From the NCBI GenBank assembly GCA_029260795.1, contig JAJDCO010000053.1, positions 68,414-132,413 on the forward strand: 64,000 nucleotides of DNA, written 5' to 3'. This DNA is from Planctomycetota bacterium (GTDB lineage Bacteria; Planctomycetota; OFTM77). The notes beneath the pieces were generated by a model. That model saw only the letters and a list, made by a program, of their open reading frames with translations. It did no database searches and was not told the DNA's origin. The position numbers and the translations under genes are program-made. Below are positions 39,553 through 47,868 of this stretch, piece after piece (the first letter of the stretch is position 1; each line of letters starts with the position of its first letter).

Positions 39553-40307
39553 GGCTTCTCGAGGGGTACGGCAGTGACTCCGAGGCGACGAAAACGCTCG
39601 CGCAGCTCGGGAGGGAGCTCGTGCTCGAAGAGGTCGAGCTGCGGCAGGTAACCGATCTGGTCGGCGAGTCGGATCAGGGAGACCTCGGTCTTGAGGTCGG
39701 GGATGCGACCATCGCGGCAGCGCTCGATCGCTTCGCTCAGATCGAGCACGACCGGCCGCGACCCTTCCTCCATCGGCGTGCCGTCCCCGGTCACCTCGCC
39801 ACCGACTAGCCGGGGCACCTCGACCGATCCGAAGTACACCTTCTCGTCGGTCGTGCCGGGGCTGGCGAAGGACTCGCCCCCGAGCAGATGCACGCGATCG
39901 CGATCGATGTCGAAGCCGACCTCCTCGCGCGCTTCCTCTCCGGCTCGCCGCTCGAGGCCGCCGGGTCCGGCGTCTTCGTCCTCGATCAGGCCGGCGACGA
40001 TCTCGACGATCGTATCGTAGGGACGCGGGTCCGGAATGACGAATGTGTCGTGGCGGCGGAGGAAGATCGGGGGCCGGATGCCTTCCTTGAGGATGACGCG
40101 CACTCGTCGTCCCTCGATATGATAGAGCACGACGGCCATGGCGTCTGACTGCGGCCGCCGCACGATGTCGCACGGGTAGGGCTCGGAGCGAGAGCCGTCG
40201 GCGTAGACGTTCTGGACGGTCAGCCGCGAGAGACGAAGGAACCCGCCGGTGCAGTTGGACTGCGCGGTGCGATCCTCGACGACGGCGATGTCTAGGAGCT
40301 CGGGCAC
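39549..40307 (-). CDS. Nudix-fold hydrolase (ADP-ribose/NDP-sugar pyrophosphatase-like, degenerate Nudix box)
   Basis: 252 aa, GTG start. The Nudix-like segment is VAGLIEDEDAGPGGLERRAGEEAREEVGF, followed by SPGTTDEKVYF as in NudF-type enzymes. Confidence 0.6.
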   Translation of the reverse strand: MPELLDIAVVEDRTAQSNCTGGFLRLSRLTVQNVYADGSRSEPYPCDIVRRPQSDAMAVVLYHIEGRRVRVILKEGIRPPIFLRRHDTFVIPDPRPYDTIVEIVAGLIEDEDAGPGGLERRAGEEAREEVGFDIDRDRVHLLGGESFASPGTTDEKVYFGSVEVPRLVGGEVTGDGTPMEEGSRPVVLDLSEAIERCRDGRIPDLKTEVSLIRLADQIGYLPQLDLFEHELPPELRERFRRLGVTAVPLEKP

Positions 40308-40361
40308 GGTGCGGCGTCTCTTCGACGGGCGCCGATCAGGAGCTCGGCGCCACAGCGGTTA

Positions 40362-41603
40362 TCAAAGGAAGAAATCCTCACGCTCGCCGAGCGGCTCGAT
40401 CGCCTCGAGCTTCTCCGGATGCTCGATCAGGTCTTCGATGAACCAGTTGGCCGGGTTGTAGAGGCAGGTCACCTCGCGGCACTCGTGGGTGGCATCGAAG
40501 CTATGAATGAGCTGGGCGACGGCCTTCTTGGTCTCGACGAAGTTCTCCTCGCCGGCATAGGCGTCCTTGTTGCCCATGCTGGCCTTGGGCACGTGCCGGT
40601 AGACGGGGCAGTTGAAGACCCCGAACGGGCTGAGCACCTGGCGAAAGAACTGCATGTGGCAGTTCTTGGGCTGCTTGGTGAAGTCGCGATACGTCTTCGA
40701 CTCGAAGACGCGCAGATTGGTCGACTCGACGACGGCGAAGCTGTCGGTGGCGAGCTCCTTGGCCTGGTCGACTTCCACCCGAATGCGGGCGATCACGTCG
40801 TCGAACCCGGACCACGAGTCGTCCATGCCGACCATCTCGGCGTTGTTCTCTTCGGCCCGCACCAGGAACGGCTTCAACGAGATGTAGTCGAACTGGTGGT
40901 CGCGGGCGAGGCGAGTGGCGCCCACGATCTCGTGGATGTTCTCGACGATCTGGGTGTCGTTCGTGAAGGCACCCTTCCACGTGATGATGAACGAGAACCC
41001 CATCCGCAGGTTGGGATTGACGGCCTTGATCTTCGGCACTCCGGCACAGATCTCTTCGAGGGAGATCGGCTGACGGGGCTTGTGCATCGCCTGGAACGTG
41101 GGATCGGTGCCGCTATCGAGGCTGAGCCGCACCCAATCGTGGGGACCAAAGAGGTGTGCCACTTCCTGGATGCGGTCGAGACGGCTACCGTTGCTGACGA
41201 CCGCGATATGCAGGTCGCGCTCCTTCAAGAAGCGCACCACCTCGGTGAACTTCGGGTGCACGGTCGGCTCGCCGCCGCCGATCAAGATGACCGAGCGCAT
41301 CCCCTTCTTCCACATCAGGTCGAGGGACTCGAGCAACTTGTCGTAGTCGTAACGGACACCCTTGTTGAGGATGTCGTAGTCGACGCAATGGTCGCAGGCG
41401 AAGTTGCAGGCCGTCGTGAGATCGAGGTTGATCGACACCGGAGCGGCATCGGGGCCGCGCTCGAAGTAGTCCTCCGGCCGCTCGCTGGAGCGGAGCTTTG
41501 CTTGCCACAGGACGTAGTCCTTGAGGCCGTCCCAAAGGGAGGGCTGGCGGAGCTTGCTTCCGAAGTCGTGGATGTTCGCGAGCTTTGTCGCCGACTCGCT
41601 CAT
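40362..41603 (-). CDS. radical SAM enzyme, unassigned subfamily, Cys-rich C-terminal extension
   Basis: 413 aa; the ATG is preceded by GAGAGG. It has CNFACDHC (CX3CX2C) at ~aa 76-83 and a GGGEPT SAM-binding motif. Additional Cys residues lie in the C-terminal 80 aa (CHMQ..NCPVY..ECREVTC). Confidence 0.8.
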   Translation of the reverse strand: MSESATKLANIHDFGSKLRQPSLWDGLKDYVLWQAKLRSSERPEDYFERGPDAAPVSINLDLTTACNFACDHCVDYDILNKGVRYDYDKLLESLDLMWKKGMRSVILIGGGEPTVHPKFTEVVRFLKERDLHIAVVSNGSRLDRIQEVAHLFGPHDWVRLSLDSGTDPTFQAMHKPRQPISLEEICAGVPKIKAVNPNLRMGFSFIITWKGAFTNDTQIVENIHEIVGATRLARDHQFDYISLKPFLVRAEENNAEMVGMDDSWSGFDDVIARIRVEVDQAKELATDSFAVVESTNLRVFESKTYRDFTKQPKNCHMQFFRQVLSPFGVFNCPVYRHVPKASMGNKDAYAGEENFVETKKAVAQLIHSFDATHECREVTCLYNPANWFIEDLIEHPEKLEAIEPLGEREDFFL

Positions 41604-41677
41604 GCGATCTACCTCTCGTCCAATGGGGAAACGAGCGACTCTAACCGTCTAACGGCTGCTTTTCCAATGGCTTCCCG

Positions 41678-42286
41678 TCATTGTCCCCAGCCGCTAGCAT
41701 CGACCAGTCGACAGATCAGATGCCCGATCAGGAGGTGGCATTCTTGGATGCGTGCCGTCTCGTCCGACGGAATGACGAAGGCCTCGTCGGCGAGCTCGGC
41801 CAGCGGTCCACCGGCTCCGCCGGCGAGAGCGATCACACGTCCGCCGATCTCCTGGGCGAGGCGGGCTGCCTTGAGAACGTTGGGCGACTTGCCGCTCGTG
41901 CTGATGGCGATGAGGAGATCGCCTGGCTTCATCAAGGCCTGGACCTGGCGCGCGAAGACGTCTTCGTAGCTGTAGTCGTTCGACACGCAAGTCAAGATGC
42001 TCGTGTCGACGGTGAGCGCGATGGCCGGCAAGCCGCGGCGTTCCACTTGATAGCGTCCGACGAACTCGGCGGCGATGTGCTGCGCGTCCGCGGCGCTACC
42101 ACCGTTGCCGCAGAGATAGAGCCTGCCGCCCGCGGCGAAGCAAGAGACGATCGCGTCGGCGACCGCGGCGATCTGCTCGCGGTACCGTTCGAGCGTCGCT
42201 TCCACGGCCGCATGATGGCGCGCCCGCGCCTCCTCGATGATCTCGAGGGCCTGGGCCACGTCCAGATGAGAAGCGGGCGTCGCCAT
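41678..42286 (-). CDS. SIS-domain sugar-phosphate isomerase (GmhA/DiaA-like)
   Basis: 202 aa from the ATG at 42286 (MATPASHLD). The motifs CGNGGSAADAQHIAAEF and AISTSGKSPNV are typical of sedoheptulose-7-phosphate isomerase-type SIS proteins. Confidence 0.8.
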   Translation of the reverse strand: MATPASHLDVAQALEIIEEARARHHAAVEATLERYREQIAAVADAIVSCFAAGGRLYLCGNGGSAADAQHIAAEFVGRYQVERRGLPAIALTVDTSILTCVSNDYSYEDVFARQVQALMKPGDLLIAISTSGKSPNVLKAARLAQEIGGRVIALAGGAGGPLAELADEAFVIPSDETARIQECHLLIGHLICRLVDASGWGQ

Positions 42287-42433
42287 GGCAATTCCGCTTT
42301 CTGTTCGGAGGGGATTCCACCGATCCATCCGACCGGCGGCCCCGGAGTCCGGGGCATTCGTGTAGAGGGGTCCAACCGCTGGCCATGAGTATGGCACGGG
42401 TTTCCGCCCAGGGAAACCCCCGGCGGACGAGGC

Positions 42434-42655
42434 GCGTCAGCTCCGCTTCGCCGCGATGAGCTGAGTGAATTCGAGAGACGTGGTCGGCTGCGCTGCGCGG
42501 ACGCACTCCCGTCCCTTTCGGGAGCGTCTTTCCCTGGGACCGCGGGCGGCCCGCCCGCTCCTGTTTGGCGAGTGCGAGCCTTCGTCTCTCCCCCTGGGAC
42601 CGCGGGGGTTTCGCCGGCTCTTGTCGGTGCGTCAGCTCCGCTTCGCCGCGATGAG
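42434..42655. repeat. intergenic repeat block bounded by a perfect 27-bp direct repeat
   Basis: gcgtcagctccgcttcgccgcgatgag occurs at 42434-42460 and 42629-42655. ccctgggaccgcggg occurs at 42532-42546 and 42592-42606. tgcgcggacgcactcc at 42494-42509 recurs at 46130-46145. Confidence 0.85.
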
Positions 42656-42682
42656 AGGCGCCTCGAACGACCGGCCCCGATC

Positions 42683-44221
42683 TCAGCGGGTCGCGAGCAG
42701 GGGCAGCTCGTACAGCACGGCTTCCTGGTCGCTGCGCACGAGGAGCAGTGCGCCGGCGAGGGCGGGTGGATTCCACACCTTGCCTTCGAGGGCTTGGAAG
42801 CGCGTGATCTCGCGCAGCTCCTCGGGGTCGGGATCGATCAGGACGATCTCACCTTCTTCGGTTTGGGCGAGGATCCGCTCGCCCACCTGGAGAAGCTGTC
42901 CGTGCCCATATCGGGCGCCGCGCCAGCGCCGGTCTCCGGTCTCGGGATCGAGACACGCGAGCACACCGTCGTTGAGCCCGTAGACGAATCCGTCGATCAG
43001 CAGGAGATTGGCAAACTTGGAGCGCAGGTGTCGACTCTTCCAGACGAGCTCGGACGACAGCCCATCGCCGTCCGCTGAGACGCGATAGAGCTTGCTGCCC
43101 ACGCCATAGCCGGACGACACGAGCAGTCGGTCGTCCCCGATCGGGATCGGCATCGAGACGTTGGGCGTCTTGGACGGGAACGGTTGAGTCCACAGCACGG
43201 CTCCGGTCTCCGGATCGTGTGCCGTGACGCTCGAGTGATTCAGCATCACGATCTGATCGCGACCGGCCAGCGTCACGCGCTTCGGCGAGCCGTAGCTGGC
43301 AAGATCCGCGCCGCCGTTCCACAGGCGCTCGCCGCTGATCGCATCGTAGGCCACCAGCAGTGCATCCTGAGCCTCGCCGCCGGCCGCGACCACGATGCGC
43401 CCGTCGTCGAAGAGCGGCGACCCGCTGAAACCCCAATCGGGAACGATCGCTCCCGTGGTCTCGATGACGTTCACCGACCACGAGCGCTCGCCGTCCTCCA
43501 GACGCCAAGCATTGAGGTCTCCTCGGGCGCCCACGGTGTAGACGTGATCGCCCACGATGGTGGGCGTCGCGCGCGGCCCGTCGCCGCCGAGCCCGCTGCG
43601 GTACTCTGCCGAGTCGCTGCCTCGCCAGAGCTCATCACCCGTGCGCAGGTCGTAGCAGACGACGCGCTCTTCGGAGCCGTGCTGCTCCTGGGTGATCGCG
43701 CGTCCGCGTGCGATCGCGAAGCCGGACCAAGCGGTGCCGACCGGTCGTCGCCAGATCATTCGGGGCGGCTCAGCCTTCCAATCGATTGCGAGACCGGGGT
43801 CGGGTAGGACGCCGTCGCGCGCGGGCCCCCGAAACTGAGGGAAGGAGTCCTTCTCGTCGAGCTCCTGTATCGGCTCGGCACCTCGAGCGAGCTCAGCCTT
43901 GGCTCCCCAGCGGAACTCGAAGACCGGGATGAGATCGCCGCTGACGCCTTGGTATCGATACAGCGAGAAGAATCCGGCGGTGCTGGCGGCGAGGAGGAGC
44001 AAGCCGGCGGCGCGCTTCTTCCACGCCAACCGTGAGGCGAACGTCCACCAGAGCAGCAGGCCGATCGAGCCGAGGATCAGCGCGCTGCCGGTCGCCATCA
44101 CTCGTCCTTGCCGAGATCCTTCAGCGCCATCGAGGCCCCATTGCCAGGCGAGGAAGGCGCCCAGGGCCAGAAGAATGATCAGGGCGGGCCAGATGCGGAT
44201 CGAGGAACGAGCAGACGACAT
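42683..44221 (-). CDS. membrane-anchored PQQ-like (BamB-type) beta-propeller repeat protein
   Basis: 512 aa. Hydrophobic N-terminal helices (WPALIILLALGAFLAW, ALILGSIGLLLWW, LLLLAASTAGFF) are followed by repeated Trp/Gly propeller blades (DG..W, G.VY.). Confidence 0.7.
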   Translation of the reverse strand: MSSARSSIRIWPALIILLALGAFLAWQWGLDGAEGSRQGRVMATGSALILGSIGLLLWWTFASRLAWKKRAAGLLLLAASTAGFFSLYRYQGVSGDLIPVFEFRWGAKAELARGAEPIQELDEKDSFPQFRGPARDGVLPDPGLAIDWKAEPPRMIWRRPVGTAWSGFAIARGRAITQEQHGSEERVVCYDLRTGDELWRGSDSAEYRSGLGGDGPRATPTIVGDHVYTVGARGDLNAWRLEDGERSWSVNVIETTGAIVPDWGFSGSPLFDDGRIVVAAGGEAQDALLVAYDAISGERLWNGGADLASYGSPKRVTLAGRDQIVMLNHSSVTAHDPETGAVLWTQPFPSKTPNVSMPIPIGDDRLLVSSGYGVGSKLYRVSADGDGLSSELVWKSRHLRSKFANLLLIDGFVYGLNDGVLACLDPETGDRRWRGARYGHGQLLQVGERILAQTEEGEIVLIDPDPEELREITRFQALEGKVWNPPALAGALLLVRSDQEAVLYELPLLATR

Positions 44222-44402
44222 CGAGATGCTCCGAGACGAGGACGCAGTGAATCTGACTTCGATTGCGACGATTCTAGCAGCACCACGCAGCTCGGCATGA
44301 AATGCGAAACCGGGCAGCCGGCTTCGAGAGCGGACACCTCGTGATCCTCAGAGGATCGAGGAGCCAGTGGGCTCCTCGTTCGCTCCGCTTGCCCCGCGTC
44401 TT

Positions 44403-45965
44403 TCAGATGGCGTGGCTCTTGGCTTCGCTCGGCGGCGATGTGACCAGGCTTCCGATCACGAGTGCCAGCACCGAGATCGGGAAGGCCGCGATGACGGCAC
44501 CGATGGACGAGTCGCCCATCTGCTCCTGGACGGCTCCCGCGATTCCGAAGTAGTTGAACTGCCAGACCGTGGCGACGACTCCACCCGAGATGATCGAGGC
44601 GACCGCGCCGCAAGAGTTGGCCCGCTTCCAGAAAAACGCGGCCAGCATCGCCGGCGTGAGGCTGGCGCCATAGAGCGTGTAGGCGAAGATCGCGACGTTG
44701 AAGAACTCGTCGCTGGTAAAGGCCAGGCCAATCGCCACGACGCCCAGGAAGACAACGATCGCACGGCCGATGAACACGAGCTGCTTGTCGCCCGCGTTGG
44801 GATTGACGAATCGCTGGTAGAGATCGCGCACGACCGAGGTCGAGGGAGCCAGCAAGTACGAGTCGGCCGTCGAGACGACGATCGCGACGATGGTCGCGAC
44901 GAGCATGGCGCCCAAGAAAGGAGGCAAGACATTGAAGGCGATCGAGACGACGATGTGACCCGTAATCTCGGGCGCTTCGAGCTTGCCTTGAGCAATGAGG
45001 GCCCGACCCAAGAGCGCGACGAAGATGATGGCACACTCGAGCAAGAGCACTCCGCCCAGCAGCGTGATCGCCGACTTGCGAGCGGCTCCCACCGAGCGGG
45101 CCGAGAAGAACCGCTGGTACATGTTGGCATCGCCGAGCAGCAGCAGCATCGAGGGAACCGTCGCTGAAAGCAGACCCAGAAACGTCCAGTGATCGGTGAC
45201 GGCCCGCATGCCTTCCGGCAGCGAGTCGACGGCTGCTTGGTATCCGCCGACCTCCGTCAGCAGGATCGGGATGGCGCACAGGATGCCGATCGTCATCAAG
45301 AGGCCGTTGACGACGTCGGTGTAGGCGACCGAGAACATGCCTGCGAGCGCGGTGTAGACGATGATGAAGGCCGCCACGATGAAGATGCCGGCCGAGCGAC
45401 CGATGATCGGGATGGTGTTGCCCTCTGCGTCCAGGGCTGGCTGGCCGGAGTCGCCGACTGTCTCGTACCCGAAGATCTCGGTGAGCACCGACTGACCGGC
45501 GCGGTACTGGTACGAGACGATGATGACGTAGGCGCTGAGGAGCGTAACCGTCGCCAAGACTCGGGCCGCGATGCCGTAGCGCGCCTCGAGGATGTCCTGG
45601 ATTGTGAACTGGCCGAACTGCCGAATCCGTCCCGCCAAGAACGAGATGAAAAGCACACCCAGGACGCCACCCAAGGGGAGAAGCAACGCTGGGACGCCAA
45701 TGTTCGACGTCTTCTCGGCATTGCCGAAGATGCTCCCGGTCCCGATCCACGTCGCCAGCAACGTTCCCACGAGCACGAAGGTCGACAGCCCTCGCCCCGC
45801 CAAAGCGAAGTCTTCTTGGGTCTTGATCTTGCGCGCCTTCATCGCCCCGACGCCAACCAAGGCGACCAGGTAGATCAACACGAAGATCCCGTGGAGCACG
45901 TGGCTCTCGGCCGCTTCTTGAATCATCATGGCGCCGATCAAATCCGAGGTGAACACGAGCGACAA
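44403..45965 (-). CDS. sodium:solute symporter (SSS) family transporter
   Basis: 520 aa and polytopic. The SSS-like N-terminus is FALAGRGLSTFVLVGTLLATWIGTGSIFG. The track start is TTG; ATG alternatives lie at 45929 and 45926. Confidence 0.85.
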   Translation of the reverse strand: MSLVFTSDLIGAMMIQEAAESHVLHGIFVLIYLVALVGVGAMKARKIKTQEDFALAGRGLSTFVLVGTLLATWIGTGSIFGNAEKTSNIGVPALLLPLGGVLGVLFISFLAGRIRQFGQFTIQDILEARYGIAARVLATVTLLSAYVIIVSYQYRAGQSVLTEIFGYETVGDSGQPALDAEGNTIPIIGRSAGIFIVAAFIIVYTALAGMFSVAYTDVVNGLLMTIGILCAIPILLTEVGGYQAAVDSLPEGMRAVTDHWTFLGLLSATVPSMLLLLGDANMYQRFFSARSVGAARKSAITLLGGVLLLECAIIFVALLGRALIAQGKLEAPEITGHIVVSIAFNVLPPFLGAMLVATIVAIVVSTADSYLLAPSTSVVRDLYQRFVNPNAGDKQLVFIGRAIVVFLGVVAIGLAFTSDEFFNVAIFAYTLYGASLTPAMLAAFFWKRANSCGAVASIISGGVVATVWQFNYFGIAGAVQEQMGDSSIGAVIAAFPISVLALVIGSLVTSPPSEAKSHAI

Positions 45966-46050
45966 GGAAAATCTCGGGAGACGGACAGCGGGAGTGCGTC
46001 CGCGCAGCTGCCGGTCGTTGATTCACGAATCGACGGATGCGGGCGAGGCA

Positions 46051-46122
46051 GCGGAGCTGACGCTTTCGTCGGGCGTCAGCTCCGCTCGCGTCGTCGGCTG
46101 ACTTCGATTCGGAAGCCGACGA
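46051..46122. other. two strong GC-rich hairpins in the intergenic region
   Basis: gcggagctgacgc (46051-63) pairs perfectly with gcgtcagctccgc (46073-85) across a 9-nt loop. tcgtcggct (46091-99) pairs with agccgacga (46114-22). No T-tract follows on either strand. Confidence 0.7.
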
Positions 46123-46208
46123 CGCTCGCTGCGCGGACGCACTCCTTTCTTTTCTCGAGGAAGTCCGACGCAACGGGAGGGCGCCCGGTTCGCACACCCG
46201 ACTTTCCT

Positions 46209-46841
46209 TCACTCCTGCCACACGATCTCGCCGCGTTCGAGAAACCGCACCACGCGCTCGAGCTGCTCGAAGCTCGGAATGTGCACGTCGACGGGGATCT
46301 TCACCAGCCGCGAATCGCGTTGCTCGAACGGCGGCTTCACGTCCACCGCAAACAGCTCGGGCCAGGTGCGCACCGGGCAGCTCGTGAAGATCTGACGAGG
46401 CTTGCCGAGCTCTTTTTGCCAGGTGATCAACTTCTCGTTGATCTCGATCAGTAAGCGCTCGGCATTCTGCAAGCGCAGCCGCGAGCCGTAGCGGGACTTC
46501 CCTTTCGTCTTCGCGTGCAAGGTCTGTGCGCGGCCCTTTCCGCGCACGACGTACTTCTTGATCACCTTGTGACGCACCAGACCGTCGGGCTGCCATACGC
46601 CGAGGCTGGCGGCGCCCGCTTGCAGGAGAATGATCCAATGCGGGCCCGGCTCGTCGTCATCTCGGGGCTCGAAGGGAGAGAGCACGAGGGGGAGGCGGCA
46701 GACGCCGACCGCCGCGTCCGACGATCGGCAAAGCTCGAAGCGCCCGGGCCGGCCCGTCGACTCGAGCTCTGCCTCTTCTCGCAGTCGTTCGAGCCGCTCG
46801 GCGGTCTTCGTCCAGAAGAAGATCTCGCGCTGGTTCGTCAT
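46209..46841 (-). CDS. VLRF1-like (Vms1/ANKZF1-type, eRF1-related) release-factor/peptidyl-tRNA hydrolase family protein
   Basis: The core ILLQAGAASLGVWQPDGLVRHKVIKKYVVRGKGRAQTLHAKTKGKSRYGSRLRLQNAERLL matches, position for position, the VLRF1 pattern recalled from Vms1/ANKZF1 (AGHFAGA.F...HK...RYTVR.K.G.AQ........S.LRRYNE..L). The conservative start is the ATG at 46841. The frame stays open with good third-position GC up to the ATG at 47048, which would add a Cys/His-rich 69 aa. Confidence 0.7.
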   Translation of the reverse strand: MTNQREIFFWTKTAERLERLREEAELESTGRPGRFELCRSSDAAVGVCRLPLVLSPFEPRDDDEPGPHWIILLQAGAASLGVWQPDGLVRHKVIKKYVVRGKGRAQTLHAKTKGKSRYGSRLRLQNAERLLIEINEKLITWQKELGKPRQIFTSCPVRTWPELFAVDVKPPFEQRDSRLVKIPVDVHIPSFEQLERVVRFLERGEIVWQE

Positions 46842-47046
46842 CGCACCGCCACACCCATCGACGTTCCGGCCGTCCTCGGTTTCGCCGAAGCTTGCCTCAG
46901 TCGAGCGGCCGTGGCAACGGGTCCAACGGCAGCTCTCCGTACCGTCGTGGCATTCGAACCGGGACACGGGGTCCGGACACTTGCGGCATACTGGAACGGT
47001 CCCGCCGAGCGGGTCCTCTGTATCTTGGGAGTCGACGGAGCCGGCC

Positions 47047-47868
47047 ATGCCTTCGAAGCTCGAGCTGTTTCGCAATCTCCACGAGTCCGGGTGCTTCGTT
47101 CTCCCCAACCCCTGGGACATCGGGAGCGCGATCTGCCTCCAGCAGCTCGGATTCCCGGCGGTCGCGACGACGTCGGCCGGCTTGTCGTTCTCGGTCGGGC
47201 GACCCGATCGTGTCCGGTCGCTGAACCTGGAGCTGGTACTCGATCACGTGCGCGCACTCGTGGAGGCGACTCGCATTCCGGTTGCCGTCGACTTTCAGAA
47301 TGGCTACGCGGAGGCGCCCGAGGGAGTCGCGTTGAATGTCGCGAGATGTCTCCGAACGGGAGCCGCCGGCCTTTCGATCGAGGACGCGACCGGAGATGAG
47401 TCTCAGCCACTCACCGATCGCGACCACGCGATCGAGCGAGTCGAGGCGGCCTGTGCGGCTCGTGACTCGACGGCTCCTTCGAGCGTGATCACGGCCCGCT
47501 GCGAGGCTTTCCTCTTCGGAGTCCCTGACCCGGCGAGAGTCGTCTTGGATCGTCTCGTCGCCTACGCCGAAGCGGGCGCGGACTGTCTGTTCGCTCCCGG
47601 AGTCTCGGACCCCAGGGTCATCGCCGACATCGTCGCGGCTGTGGCGCCCAAGCCGGTCAACGTGCTCGTCTCGGCGCCCGGTTTCACCTTCGGCCAGCTC
47701 GTCAATCTCGGAGTGCGCCGGATCTCGGTGGGCTCCGCGTTGGCTCGGGTGGCATGGGGAGCGTTTCTACAAGCCGCTCGGGATATCGTCGGCACGGGCT
47801 CCTTCGAATCGCTCGCGGGCGCGGCGAGCTTTGCCGAGCTCGATGGGTTCTTCGAAGGCGAGGGTTGA
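47047..47868 (+). CDS. isocitrate lyase/PEP mutase superfamily protein (2-methylisocitrate lyase-like)
   Basis: 273 aa from the ATG at 47047 (MPSKLELFRNLHESGCFVLPNPWDIGSA...FPAVATTSAG). It also has GLSIEDA and a TIM-barrel-sized length. Confidence 0.8.
   Translation: MPSKLELFRNLHESGCFVLPNPWDIGSAICLQQLGFPAVATTSAGLSFSVGRPDRVRSLNLELVLDHVRALVEATRIPVAVDFQNGYAEAPEGVALNVARCLRTGAAGLSIEDATGDESQPLTDRDHAIERVEAACAARDSTAPSSVITARCEAFLFGVPDPARVVLDRLVAYAEAGADCLFAPGVSDPRVIADIVAAVAPKPVNVLVSAPGFTFGQLVNLGVRRISVGSALARVAWGAFLQAARDIVGTGSFESLAGAASFAELDGFFEGEG

Noticed and set aside
44179-46638. 819-aa minus-strand ORF spanning the symporter gene, an intergenic region and part of the VLRF1-like gene.
   Set aside because: It is out of frame with the SSS transporter, whose hydrophobic TM pattern is unmistakable. 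Its translation is dominated by Arg/Gly/Pro/His. It runs through repeat- and hairpin-rich non-coding DNA.
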